From: Anaeromyxobacter sp.
GTDB lineage: Bacteria; Myxococcota; Myxococcia; Myxococcales; Anaeromyxobacteraceae
Direction: 5' to 3'
NCBI GenBank assembly: GCA_049840735.1
Contig: JASGJN010000013.1
Span: 96,001 to 160,000, forward strand
DNA length: 64,000 bases
Shown: one piece after another, positions 38,154-47,925 of the stretch
How the letters are laid out: the number at the start of each line of letters is the position of its first letter
Numbering within the stretch: position 1 is the first letter of the stretch
Position numbers and translations under genes: made by a program
Notes under the pieces: generated by a model
Told to the model about the DNA's origin: nothing
Seen by the model: the letters and a program-made list of their open reading frames with translations, nothing else
Database searches by the model: none

Positions 38154-40673
38154 ATGGAACTCCACGTGAAGGTGGCCCGCGCCGCCGCCGCGCTCGCCGT
38201 CGCGCTCCTCGCCTCGCCCGCAGCCGCCCAGCTCGCCGCCGCCACCGACCGCGCGCAGGGGCTGCCGGCCGGCCTGACCCTGCCGGTGCTGGGCGCCGCC
38301 ACGGCGGAGGAGCCCACCGCCCTGGGCGTGAACCCGGCCGGCGTGGGGTTCGTGCGGGACCTGAACCTCCAGTACTTCCACGAGGAGGGGCCGGCCCAGG
38401 ACGGGCGCGGCGACGGCCTGTACCTGGCCGACCGGTTCGGGCCGCTGGGCGTCGGCTACGGGGTGGAGTGGCTCCACCCCGGCCAGGACCTGGGGCCCAG
38501 GTACGATCGGCAGCGGCTGGCGCTCACGCTGGGAGACGGCCGCACCGGCGCGTTCGGCTTCGGGTGGACCTGGGTGGGCTCGAAGGACGGCGCGCTCGAC
38601 GCCGTGTCCAGCTGGGACATCGGCCTCACCACCCGCCCGGCGCGCTGGCTCTCCATCGGCGCGGCGGCGCTGGGGCAGGACGCGCGGCTGTCCGGCCAGC
38701 GCCTCCCCGTGCGCTTCGACGTGGGCGTGGCCACCCGGCTCTTGCGCGACCGGCTGACGCTCTCCGCCGACCTGCTCGCCGACGACTTCGGCGGCGACAC
38801 CTTCCGCACCACCGCCCTCACCTTCGGCGCCGGCGCCGAGCTCGGCGGCGGCCTCGCCCTGGGGCTGCAGGCGCAGACGCCCATCCGCGACGCCACCGGC
38901 ATCCCGCAGGACACCGCCTGGCTCGTCACCGCCTCCTGGAACGCCCCGCACACCGGGGTCACCGGTGGCGCCACGGCGCTCGGCAAGGACAGCGGCTGGC
39001 TGCTGGGGGCGCGCTCCTCGATCGAGCGCTACCGCGCGCCCGAGCCGGTCCGCGTGGTCCCCACCATCGACGTCGACGACGCGCTCCGCCCGCGCCGCTT
39101 CCTGTTCCTGCAGGTGGGCGATCCAGATCCCTACGGCGCGCTAGTGGCCCGGCTCACGGAGGCGCGCGACGACCCCTCGCTGGCCGGCGTGATCGTGAAG
39201 ATCGACGCGCTCGACCTGGGGGCCGGACGTGTGGAGGAGCTGCGCAGCCTGCTGGCCGCCGTCCGCGCGCGCAAGCCGGTGCTGGCGTACCTGACCGGCG
39301 GCGGCACGCGCGAGTACTGGCTGGCCAGCGCCGCCACCGCCGTCGCGGCGCCCCCGGGCGCGTCGCTGATGGTCAACGGCTTCGCCACCTCCCAGCTCTA
39401 CCTCCGCGACCTCTTGGCGCGCCTGGGCGTCTCGGTCCAGGTGGTGCGCGCCGGTGCCTACAAGAGCGCCACCGAGCCGCTCATCCGCACCGGCCCCTCC
39501 CCCGAGGCGGCGGAGGCCACCCAGGCCCTGCTCGACTCGGTGTACGGCAGCTTCGTGGACGACGTGGCAGCGGCCCGGCGGCTCGCGCCCGAGCAGGTGC
39601 GCGCGCTGGTGGACCAGGGCCTCTTCACCAGCGAGGAGGCCAGCGCGGCCGGGCTGCTCGACGCGGTGCTCTGGCCGGACGAGGTGAAGGACTGGGCCCG
39701 GCGCACCACCCGCCGCGGCCTGGTGACCGGCCGCTACGACCCCACGCCGCACCGGGAGGCCGAGCGCTGGGGTCAGCCCCCGGTCGTCGAGGTGATCCGG
39801 CTGGAAGGGATGATCACCCGCGAGGGCGCGGCCGGGCTGCCCAGCCGCGGCCCGCGCCTGGCCGGCGCCAGCGCGGTCGCCGCCGCGCTGCACCGCGCCG
39901 CCGCCGATCCCGACGTCCGCGCCATCGTGCTCCGGATCGAGAGCCCCGGCGGCGACGGGCTGGCCTCCGACCTGATCTGGCGCGAGGTGCAGCGCGCCCG
40001 GCAGAAGGGCAAGGTGGTGATCGCCTCCATGGGCGACCTGGCCGCGAGCGGCGGGTACCTGGCGGCGGTGGCGGCCGACGCCATCCTGGCCGAGCCCTCC
40101 ACGCTGACCGGGTCCATCGGCGTCTTCGCCGCCAAGCCCGACCTCTCCGGCCTGCTCGAGAAGATCTCCGTCAACCGGACGGCCTGGGCGCGTGGAGACA
40201 AGGCGCAGCTCACCTCCATCGCCCGCCCCTGGAGCGAGGCCGAGCAGGCGGTGCTGCAGAAGCAGATCGACGCCTTCTACCGGCTCTTCCTGGCCCGCGT
40301 GGCGGAGGGGCGGCACCTGCCGGTGGCCGACGTCGAGGCGGTGGCCGGCGGGCGGGTCTGGACCGGCCGGCAGGCGCTGGAGCGGAGGCTGGTGGACAGG
40401 CTCGGCACCCTGGCCGACGCCGTGGCGCTGGCGCGCGAGCGGGCCGGCGTCGATCCCACCGACGTGGTCGAGGTGCGCCGCGCCGGCGCCTCCGAGGGCA
40501 TGCTGTCCCGGATCCAGCAGGTGACGCTGGCGCCGGCCGCCTCGCCGGCCGCCGACGTGCTGGCGCGGCTGGTGGAGGCGTCGCCGGAGGTGTCGAGCCT
40601 CCTCCTGCTCTCCGACCTGGGGCCGGTGCTTGCGCTCCCGGAGGCGTGGGTCCTGCCCGCGGCCGCCCCGTGA
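38154..40673 (+). CDS. sppA: Signal peptide peptidase SppA (tandem S49 domains) with extra N-terminal beta-rich domain
   Basis: YWLASAA, GAYKSA.E, RIESPGG, SMGDLAASGGY, TGSIGV and GRVWTG motifs. Confidence 0.88.
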   Translation: MELHVKVARAAAALAVALLASPAAAQLAAATDRAQGLPAGLTLPVLGAATAEEPTALGVNPAGVGFVRDLNLQYFHEEGPAQDGRGDGLYLADRFGPLGVGYGVEWLHPGQDLGPRYDRQRLALTLGDGRTGAFGFGWTWVGSKDGALDAVSSWDIGLTTRPARWLSIGAAALGQDARLSGQRLPVRFDVGVATRLLRDRLTLSADLLADDFGGDTFRTTALTFGAGAELGGGLALGLQAQTPIRDATGIPQDTAWLVTASWNAPHTGVTGGATALGKDSGWLLGARSSIERYRAPEPVRVVPTIDVDDALRPRRFLFLQVGDPDPYGALVARLTEARDDPSLAGVIVKIDALDLGAGRVEELRSLLAAVRARKPVLAYLTGGGTREYWLASAATAVAAPPGASLMVNGFATSQLYLRDLLARLGVSVQVVRAGAYKSATEPLIRTGPSPEAAEATQALLDSVYGSFVDDVAAARRLAPEQVRALVDQGLFTSEEASAAGLLDAVLWPDEVKDWARRTTRRGLVTGRYDPTPHREAERWGQPPVVEVIRLEGMITREGAAGLPSRGPRLAGASAVAAALHRAAADPDVRAIVLRIESPGGDGLASDLIWREVQRARQKGKVVIASMGDLAASGGYLAAVAADAILAEPSTLTGSIGVFAAKPDLSGLLEKISVNRTAWARGDKAQLTSIARPWSEAEQAVLQKQIDAFYRLFLARVAEGRHLPVADVEAVAGGRVWTGRQALERRLVDRLGTLADAVALARERAGVDPTDVVEVRRAGASEGMLSRIQQVTLAPAASPAADVLARLVEASPEVSSLLLLSDLGPVLALPEAWVLPAAAP

Positions 40674-41001
40674 GGAAGAGACCTACCCTGCGACGATTCG
40701 ACCCCAAGGGGCCGCATCCGGGCTTTCCTTCCCGGATCTTTCTTGCTAAACATCAGTTGTCCCACCGCGGCGAGCGACGTAGGTTTCAGCGGCGGGGGGA
40801 CCGACCCCTGATCGACCGGGTCCTGGCTCAGAACGAGAGTTGACGCTGCGCGAGACGCGCGCGGCGCGCCAGAGACGGGATCGAGGGCAGGCGTCCGCGG
40901 ATCCTTCACATCAGGCTGTCCGCGGAAGCGCCGTTCCAGACGCGAAACGTAAGTACCGCAGGGGCCGGACCAGTCCGCCCGCGGCCGGAGCAGACGACAG
41001 C

Positions 41002-42399
41002 ATGAGCGAGCACGAGCAGACCCCGAGCCCGGAGGCGGGCGGGGCCCAGCAGACCACCCAGGCGCAGTCCGCCTCGGACGGCGGTGACGCACAGGGCAAC
41101 CAGCCCGGAGGCCCGGGCGGCGCGCCTGGCCAGGGCGGCCGGCGTCGCCGCCGCCGCCGCGGCCGCCGCGGCCGCGGGGGACAGCCGGGTCAGGCCGGTC
41201 CGGGCAACGCCGTCGCCGGCCCTGGTGGCCAGCCCGGAGCCCCGGCCGCCGCCAACGGCCAGCCCGGTCCGCAGGGCCAGCCCGGCCCCGCGCCGCAGGC
41301 CGAGGCGACCGAGGAGGTCGAGGGCGTGCTGCAGTTCGAGGGCAAGGGGAGCGGCTGGCTCCGCGACCCGAAGCGCAGCTACCTGCCCCAGCCCTTCGAC
41401 GTGGAGGTCCCGCGCTGGATGGTCGAGCGCAACCACCTCCAGCCGGGCATGCTGGTGAAGGGGCTCGCCGCCATCCGGAACATGAAGCGGGTGCTCACCC
41501 GCATCGACACGCTCGAGGGGACCGATCCCATCGCCGTGGCGCGGCGGACCCACTTCCACAACCTGACCGCCACCGATCCCACCGAGAAGCTGGTCATGGA
41601 GACCCACTCGGACGAGATGATCGGGCGCGTCCTCGACCTGATCTCGCCCATCGGCCTGGGCGCCCGCGGCCTCATCACCTCGCCGCCCAAGGCCGGCAAG
41701 ACCATCATGCTGCAGCGGATCGCGCAGGCCATCACCGCGAACCGCCCGGACGTGCACCTGACGGTGCTCCTCGTGGACGAGCGTCCCGAGGAGGTCACCG
41801 ACATGAAGCGCAACATCAAGGGCGAGGTGATCGGCTCCTCCAACGACCGTCCCACCGAGGAGCACATCCAGGTGGCCGAGATGGCGCTGGAGCGGGCCAA
41901 GCGGCTGGTCGAGGGCGGCAAGGACGTGGTGATCCTGCTCGACTCGATCACCCGCCTCTCGCGCGCCTACAACAAGGAGGTCGAGTCCTCCGGCCGCACG
42001 CTCACCGGCGGCGTGGACTCGCGCGCCCTGGAGCGCCCCAAGCGGCTCTTCGGCTCGGCCCGCAAGGCCGAGGAGGGCGGCTCGCTGACCATCATCGCCA
42101 CCGCGCTGATCGACACCGGGTCGCGCATGGACGAGGTGATCTTCGAGGAGTTCAAGGGCACCGGCAACATGGAGGTGGTGCTCTCCCGCCAGCTGGCCGA
42201 GCGCCGGATCTTCCCGGCCATCGACATCGGCGCCTCGGGCACGCGCAAGGAGGAGAAGCTCTTCGCGCAGAAGGAGATCGAGAAGGTCCGCCGCCTGCGC
42301 GGCGCGCTCGCCTCCCTCAAGCCGGTCGAGGCCATGGAGCGGCTGCTCAAGAAGCTCACCGAGTTCGACAGCAACGACGAGTTCCTGCAGAGCTTCTAG
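41002..42399 (+). CDS. rho: Transcription termination factor Rho with low-complexity N-terminus
   Basis: PPKAGKT, LVDERPEEVTD, LLDSITRL, FKGTGNME and SGTRKEE motifs. Confidence 0.96.
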   Translation: MSEHEQTPSPEAGGAQQTTQAQSASDGGDAQGNQPGGPGGAPGQGGRRRRRRRGRRGRGGQPGQAGPGNAVAGPGGQPGAPAAANGQPGPQGQPGPAPQAEATEEVEGVLQFEGKGSGWLRDPKRSYLPQPFDVEVPRWMVERNHLQPGMLVKGLAAIRNMKRVLTRIDTLEGTDPIAVARRTHFHNLTATDPTEKLVMETHSDEMIGRVLDLISPIGLGARGLITSPPKAGKTIMLQRIAQAITANRPDVHLTVLLVDERPEEVTDMKRNIKGEVIGSSNDRPTEEHIQVAEMALERAKRLVEGGKDVVILLDSITRLSRAYNKEVESSGRTLTGGVDSRALERPKRLFGSARKAEEGGSLTIIATALIDTGSRMDEVIFEEFKGTGNMEVVLSRQLAERRIFPAIDIGASGTRKEEKLFAQKEIEKVRRLRGALASLKPVEAMERLLKKLTEFDSNDEFLQSF

Positions 42400-42407
42400 C
42401 CTCACCC

Positions 42408-42442
42408 CAGGCGGAGCCCTGGCAATCCCGGGGCTCCGTCTG
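42408..42442 (+). terminator. Stem-loop after rho (no U-tract)
   Basis: CAGGCGGAGCCCTGG-CAATC-CCGGGGCTCCGTCTG, 15-bp stem with two G-U pairs. Confidence 0.5.
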
Positions 42443-42483
42443 CCCGCCTTGCGCGCCCGGGCGCCGCCTGTTCTACTCCCCTC

Positions 42484-43620
42484 ATGAGCGGCGACCGCGT
42501 CCTCATCGTCGATGACGACGAGCTGATCCTGAAGGCGCTCGCCCGGATCCTCGAGATCGCCGGCTATCAGGTCCGCTGCTACATCACCCCGGAGGAGGCC
42601 CTCGAGGCGCTGCCGCGCGAGGAGCCGGTGGTGGTCATCTCCGACTACATGATGCCCACCATGGACGGCGTGCAGTTCCTCAAGGCCGCCCGGGTGAAGT
42701 ACCCCTCCGCCGTCCGCATCCTCTGCACCGCCGCCGAGGACTTCCGCATCGCCCTGCAGGCGGTCAACGCCGGCGAGGTCTTCCGGATCATCTCCAAGCC
42801 CTGGCACCAGCAGGAGCTGCTGGGTACGCTGGCCCAGGCCGCCGAGGCCAGCCGGCTGCGCCGCGAGAACGAGCGGCTGACCGCCGAGGTGCAGCGGCAG
42901 AACGGGCAGCTCCGCGAGATCAACCTGCGGCTGGAGGAGATGGTCCGCCACCGCACGCAGGCGCTGCTGGAGGGGCTCATCGCGGCGCTCGACTACCGCG
43001 ACGCGGAGACCCAGTGGCACTCCCGGCGCGTCTCGCTCTACGCCCGGCGCCTGGCCGAGCAGCTGGGGCTCACCGAGCCCGACCTGACCGTGGTCGAGCA
43101 CGGCGCGCTGCTGCACGACATCGGCAAGATCGGCGTGCGCGACCGCGTGCTGCTCAAGCCCGGCCCACTCACCACCGACGAGTGGAGCGAGATGAAGCGC
43201 CACCCGGAGCTGGGCTGGGCGCTCCTGCAGCGGGTGGACTACCTCCGCCCGGCCTCGGCCATCGTGCTGCAGCACCAGGAGAAGTGGGACGGCACCGGGT
43301 ACCCCACCGGCCTGCGCGGCGACGAGATCGTGGTGGGCGCCCGGATCTTCCACGTGGTGGACACGCTCGACGCCATCACCAGCGACCGCCCCTACCGCCG
43401 CGCCCGCCCCTTCGGCGACGCCCGCGAGGAGATCAGCCGCTGCCGCGGCAGCCAGTTCGATCCGCGCATCGTGGACGCCTTCCTGTCGGTGCCGGCGGAG
43501 GACTGGGAGCGGATCCGCCTGGACGTCGAGACCGTGGCGGTCCTCTCCGCCGACCTGGCCGAGGTCCCGCCCGCGCTCTCCGAGCCGGCCACCCTGGCCG
43601 GCGCCCCCGCCGCGCGCTGA
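42484..43620 (+). CDS. Response regulator with HD-GYP cyclic-dinucleotide phosphodiesterase domain
   Basis: REC (VDDD, DYMMP, SKP); LHDIGK, HQEKWDGTGYP and DRPYR. Confidence 0.92.
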   Translation: MSGDRVLIVDDDELILKALARILEIAGYQVRCYITPEEALEALPREEPVVVISDYMMPTMDGVQFLKAARVKYPSAVRILCTAAEDFRIALQAVNAGEVFRIISKPWHQQELLGTLAQAAEASRLRRENERLTAEVQRQNGQLREINLRLEEMVRHRTQALLEGLIAALDYRDAETQWHSRRVSLYARRLAEQLGLTEPDLTVVEHGALLHDIGKIGVRDRVLLKPGPLTTDEWSEMKRHPELGWALLQRVDYLRPASAIVLQHQEKWDGTGYPTGLRGDEIVVGARIFHVVDTLDAITSDRPYRRARPFGDAREEISRCRGSQFDPRIVDAFLSVPAEDWERIRLDVETVAVLSADLAEVPPALSEPATLAGAPAAR

Positions 43621-43663
43621 GGGCGCCCCGGGCCGGACGCGACCGCCGCCGGGGCGGCCCCGC

Positions 43664-45154
43664 TCACTGCAGCACGATGCCCGACAGCTCGGCCACGCCG
43701 CCGGCCGAGACCTCCACCGTGGCCGCCACCTGCCGGCCGTCGCGCGTCCGCAGCTCCACCCGGTGACCGCCCGGCGCCACCGTCAGCACGCGCCGCTCGC
43801 CCGCCGCCAGCGCCGGGGCGCGCTCCACCCCGTCCACTCGCAGCACCGCCGCGCTCTCCGCCTGGATGACCAGCATGCCCGGCGCCCCCTGCTTGCGCGG
43901 ATCCCCGCGTCCCCCCGCCGCCACCGCCGGCGGCCCGGACCGCGCCGCCGGGCGCTCCGCCGGCTGCCGCGCCGCGCCCAGCACCGCCGAGAGCGCGACC
44001 ACGCCCACGGCGGCCACCAGCGCCAGCAGGGCGGTGCGCCGGCTGGCCTGGCGCGGCGGGGCCCGGAAGGTCTCCCGCACCGCGGCCGGCAGGAGCCCCT
44101 CCAGCCCGGGCAGCAGCGCCTCGCGCGAGAAGGCCACCACCTGCGTCCGCTCCTGCGCCGCCTCCAGGCCCGCCTCGGCGGCGGCGCGGAAGGTCTCGCC
44201 GCCCAGCCGCTCCAGCCGATCCAGCTCGGCGCGGATCTCGGCCGGGAAGGTGCGGGCCATGTGGCGGGCCAGCGCCGGCGGCTCGAGCGGCTCCGGCCCC
44301 ACCGCCGCGAAGGGCGCCAGCGCCTGGGCCAGCTCGCCGGCCCAGGGGAAGCGCCCCTCAGGCTCCCGCGCCAGCGCCCGCAGCACCACCGCGTCCAGCC
44401 CCGCCGGCACCTCCGGGCGGCGCCGCGAGGGCGGCAGCACCTCCACCGAGCGGACCCGCTCCAGCGTGGCCAGCTCGGAGCGGCCGGTGAAGAGCCGCTC
44501 GCCGGTGAGCATCTCGTGCAGCACCACCCCCAGCGCGAACACGTCCGAGCGCCGGTCCACCGGCAGGCCCCGCACCATCTCCGGGCTCATGTAGCCGAAC
44601 TTGCCGCGCAGCGCGGTGTCCTGCTTGTGCGTCCGGAGCGCCGCCTGCGCGATGCCGAAGTCGATCACCCGGACCGAGCCGTCGTAGCCGAGCAGGATGT
44701 TGGCCGGCGAGACGTCGCGGTGGACGATGCGCAGGTCCACGCCGCCGGCGTCGCGCTTGCGGTGCGCGTGGTCGAGCGCGTCCGCCACCCGCAGCGCGAT
44801 GTACGCCGCCAGCGGCACGGGGAGCGGCTCGGCGCGGGCCCGGCTGCGCTCCAGCACCGTGCGCAGGTCGCGCCCGGCCACGTAGTCCATGGCGATGTAG
44901 TAGCCGGTCCCCTGCTTGCCCAGCTCGTGGACGGGCAGGATGGCCGGATGCGACAGCTGGGCCACCAGCCGGGCCTCGTCCAGGAACATGGTGATGAACT
45001 CACCGTCCTCGCCCAGGGTGGGCAGGATCCGCTTGAGCGCGTAGAGCCGCCCCGACGGATCCCCCTGCTCGACCGCCAGGAACACCTCGGCCATGCCGCC
45101 GACGGCAATCCGTTCGAGGAGGAGCCAGCGGCCGTAGGGGATGGGCTTGAGCAT
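43664..45154 (-). CDS. Hanks-type Ser/Thr protein kinase with TM segment and PEGA-like C-terminus
   Basis: GGMAEVF, ALKR, HRDVSPANIL, DFGIA, GKFGYMSPE and DVFALG motifs. Confidence 0.92.
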   Translation of the reverse strand: MLKPIPYGRWLLLERIAVGGMAEVFLAVEQGDPSGRLYALKRILPTLGEDGEFITMFLDEARLVAQLSHPAILPVHELGKQGTGYYIAMDYVAGRDLRTVLERSRARAEPLPVPLAAYIALRVADALDHAHRKRDAGGVDLRIVHRDVSPANILLGYDGSVRVIDFGIAQAALRTHKQDTALRGKFGYMSPEMVRGLPVDRRSDVFALGVVLHEMLTGERLFTGRSELATLERVRSVEVLPPSRRRPEVPAGLDAVVLRALAREPEGRFPWAGELAQALAPFAAVGPEPLEPPALARHMARTFPAEIRAELDRLERLGGETFRAAAEAGLEAAQERTQVVAFSREALLPGLEGLLPAAVRETFRAPPRQASRRTALLALVAAVGVVALSAVLGAARQPAERPAARSGPPAVAAGGRGDPRKQGAPGMLVIQAESAAVLRVDGVERAPALAAGERRVLTVAPGGHRVELRTRDGRQVAATVEVSAGGVAELSGIVLQ

Positions 45155-45187
45155 CGGCGGGGGCGCGTCGCCGGTTATGATACCGCC

Positions 45188-45532
45188 ATGGCCACCAGCT
45201 GCTACGCGTGCGGGAAGCCCGTCCGGATCGACGGCCCGGTGGGACGCCGGACCACCTGCCCGGAGTGCGACGCCGACCTCCACTCCTGCATCAACTGCCG
45301 CTTCCACGACGAGTCCGCCGCGCATGAGTGCAGGGAGCCCCACGCCGAGCACTACGTGGACAAGCAGGCCTCCAACGCCTGCGACCTGTTCCAGCTCGGG
45401 GACGGCGCCACGCGCCGGCGCGGCAGCTCCCGCGCGGCCCGCGATCAGCTCAGGGCCCTGTTCGGCGAGGCCCCGGCCCCGACCGAGGACGACCCGCGGG
45501 ACGCGCTGGAGGCGCTGTTCCGCAAGAAATGA
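45188..45532 (+). CDS. Small Cys-rich hypothetical protein
   Basis: CYAC, CPEC, CINCRF, C and NACDLF; C-terminal LEALFRK. Confidence 0.7.
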   Translation: MATSCYACGKPVRIDGPVGRRTTCPECDADLHSCINCRFHDESAAHECREPHAEHYVDKQASNACDLFQLGDGATRRRGSSRAARDQLRALFGEAPAPTEDDPRDALEALFRKK

Positions 45533-45592
45533 CCCTGAAATCAACCCCCTGGTGCTGGGCCCGGGCGCGGCGGCCGTGTAGGCTGGCTGGGC

Positions 45593-47575
45593 ATGCTCCC
45601 AGCGCCGAACGCGCCCGCAGGGGATCCGGCACCGGATCTCCAGCTCGTCACGGGGTACGAGGAGCTCCGGTGGCGCTACCTGCGCGCCGGGGTGCTGATC
45701 AGCGCCGCCGTCAACGCGGTGGGGGTCCTGGACCTGTCCGCCTCCGCCGCCGTGCAGGCGGTGCGCGTGGCCCTGCTCTCCTTCTGCCTGGCGTCCGCGT
45801 GGCGGCTGCGCCGGCCCGGCGCGTTCCTGCGCGGCGGGCGGGTGGTCCCCACCGTGCTCACCGCCGGCCTGCTGGTGATCGTGCTGCTGCGGCTGGACGA
45901 GGGCTGGCCGGTCAACCTGGGCTTCCTGCCGGCCCTGGTCGCCTTCTCCACGCTGGTGGCCAGCGCGCGGGTGGCCATGGGGCTCATCGCCCTCTGCCTC
46001 GGCAGCGTGGGCGCCGCGCTGCTGCTGGGGCTGGCGCCGCCCCCGGCCCACCTCTCCGCGCAGGCGCTGCACTGGGTGCTCAGCCTGGTGCTGCTGAACG
46101 TGTTCCTGCGCTGGCTGGCGGCGCTGCTGGCCCGCGGCGCCTCGCAGCTGGCCGCCTCGGCCGAGGCGCTGGCCGGGGCGCAGCTGGCCGTGGCCGAGGT
46201 CTCGGAGGCGCTCTCCGGGCGGGTCAGCGCGGCGCTGGCCGCCTTGCGCGAGGCGCTGCAGGGCGGCGCGGACCAGGCGCTGCCCAGCGCGCGCCGCCTG
46301 GCGGAGGTGCTGGCGGAGACGCGGCGGGCCGTCCCTCCCGAGCCCGAGCTGGACAGCCACCCGCTGGCGCTCGAGCTGCGGGCCCTGCGGCTGCGCGCCC
46401 AGGACTGGGCCTTCGCCCTGCTGCCCCTCTTCCTCGTCCTCACCACGGCCCGCGCCGTCCTGCACGGCCCGCGCGACCTGATGCCCTACAGCGCCGCCGC
46501 GCTCGCCCTGTCGATCGGGCTCGGGCTGGCGCGCTGGCTCCGGCCGCGCTGGGCCCCGCGCCTGGCGCTGGCGCTCTGGCTCGGCACCTATGCGCTCATG
46601 CTGGTGGCGACCTGGGGCTGGCTGGCCCGGGCGCCCATCCCGCCGCCGCCGCTGGTCAGCGCGCTCACCGGGACGCTGCTGCTGGGCGTGATGTTCGGCC
46701 CCTGGCTGGCGTGGGGGATCATGGCGCTGGTGATGGCCACCTGCCTGCTGGGCCTGCGGCTCCACCCCGGCATGCCCTGGACCGCCCCCGTCAACCTGAC
46801 GCTGGCCTACGGCCTCATGGCCTGGGCGATGTGGCGGTGGCCGCGCGAGCTCTTGGCGCGCCTCAGGGCGCGGCGCGACGCTGCCGCGGCCCACATCCGG
46901 CAGCGCCGGCGGCTGGTGGCCACCCTCTTCCACGACCTGGCCAACCCGCTGATGGTGATCCAGGACGCGCTGGAGCGGACCGCGGCCGGCGATCCGCCGG
47001 CCGAGGGGGCGGAGGTGGCCCAGGCCATGGTGGCGCGCATGGAGCAGACGCTGGCGGCCGCGGTGGAGGGCCGGGTGGCCCCGCGCGCCCTGCAGGCCGG
47101 GCGGCTGTGCGACGGGCTGGAGCTGCTCTTCCGGCAGCGGCTCCGCGCCAAGCAGCTGTCCCTGCGCATCGCCGGGCCCCGCGAGGCGCGGCTGCTGGGC
47201 GACGAGGCGCTGCTGCGCGACTCGGTGCTGGCCAACCTGGCCTCCAACGCGCTCAAGTTCTCCCCGCCCGGCGCCGGCCTGGAGCTGACGATCCGGACCG
47301 AGGGCCGGGAGGTGGCGCTGGAGCTGGCCGACCGCGGCCCGGGGCTGCCGCGCGAGGTGCTCGCCGCCTGGGCGCGCGGCCGGGCGGCGCCCTCCCGCCC
47401 CGGCACCGCCGGGGAGGAGGGCTCGGGCTACGGCCTGCTCCTGGCCCGCGAGTACGTGGCGGCCATGGGCGGGCGGCTGGAGCTCCGGCCCCGCGACGGC
47501 GGTGGCCTGCGCGCGCGGGTGGTCCTGCCGGCCGCTCCGCCCGAGCCGATGGTGGAGGCGCAGCACGCCGGGTGA
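45593..47575 (+). CDS. Multi-TM sensor histidine kinase
   Basis: FHDLANPL, NLASNALKFS, DRGPG and GSGYGL motifs. Confidence 0.88.
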   Translation: MLPAPNAPAGDPAPDLQLVTGYEELRWRYLRAGVLISAAVNAVGVLDLSASAAVQAVRVALLSFCLASAWRLRRPGAFLRGGRVVPTVLTAGLLVIVLLRLDEGWPVNLGFLPALVAFSTLVASARVAMGLIALCLGSVGAALLLGLAPPPAHLSAQALHWVLSLVLLNVFLRWLAALLARGASQLAASAEALAGAQLAVAEVSEALSGRVSAALAALREALQGGADQALPSARRLAEVLAETRRAVPPEPELDSHPLALELRALRLRAQDWAFALLPLFLVLTTARAVLHGPRDLMPYSAAALALSIGLGLARWLRPRWAPRLALALWLGTYALMLVATWGWLARAPIPPPPLVSALTGTLLLGVMFGPWLAWGIMALVMATCLLGLRLHPGMPWTAPVNLTLAYGLMAWAMWRWPRELLARLRARRDAAAAHIRQRRRLVATLFHDLANPLMVIQDALERTAAGDPPAEGAEVAQAMVARMEQTLAAAVEGRVAPRALQAGRLCDGLELLFRQRLRAKQLSLRIAGPREARLLGDEALLRDSVLANLASNALKFSPPGAGLELTIRTEGREVALELADRGPGLPREVLAAWARGRAAPSRPGTAGEEGSGYGLLLAREYVAAMGGRLELRPRDGGGLRARVVLPAAPPEPMVEAQHAG

Positions 47576-47589
47576 ACGGCGCCCAGCGA

Positions 47590-47925
47590 TCAGCCCTCGA
47601 CCGCCCCCGCCAGCCAGGCCAGGTAGGCCGCGCTCCCGCCAGCCACCGGCAGCGCCAGCACCTCCGGCACCTGGTACGGGTGGAGCGCCCGCACGCGCTC
47701 CTCCAGCGCCGGCAGGCGCGCCAGGGTGGTCTTGAGCAGGAGCAGCGCCTCCGCGTCCTCCTGCACCCGCCCCTCCCAGCGGTAGACGGAGGTGAGGCCG
47801 GGGAGCACGTTCCCGCAGGCCGCCAGCCGCTCCTCCACCAGCGCGCGGGCCAGGCCCAGCGCCCGCTCCCGGTCCGGCGCCGTCACCAGCACCACCAGCG
47901 CCTGGCCCGGTTCACCCTTCGTCAC
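47590..47925 (-). CDS. cutA: Divalent-cation tolerance protein CutA
   Basis: LVEERLAACGN, SVYRWEG and HPYQVPE motifs; GTGA overlap. Confidence 0.92.
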   Translation of the reverse strand: MTKGEPGQALVVLVTAPDRERALGLARALVEERLAACGNVLPGLTSVYRWEGRVQEDAEALLLLKTTLARLPALEERVRALHPYQVPEVLALPVAGGSAAYLAWLAGAVEG

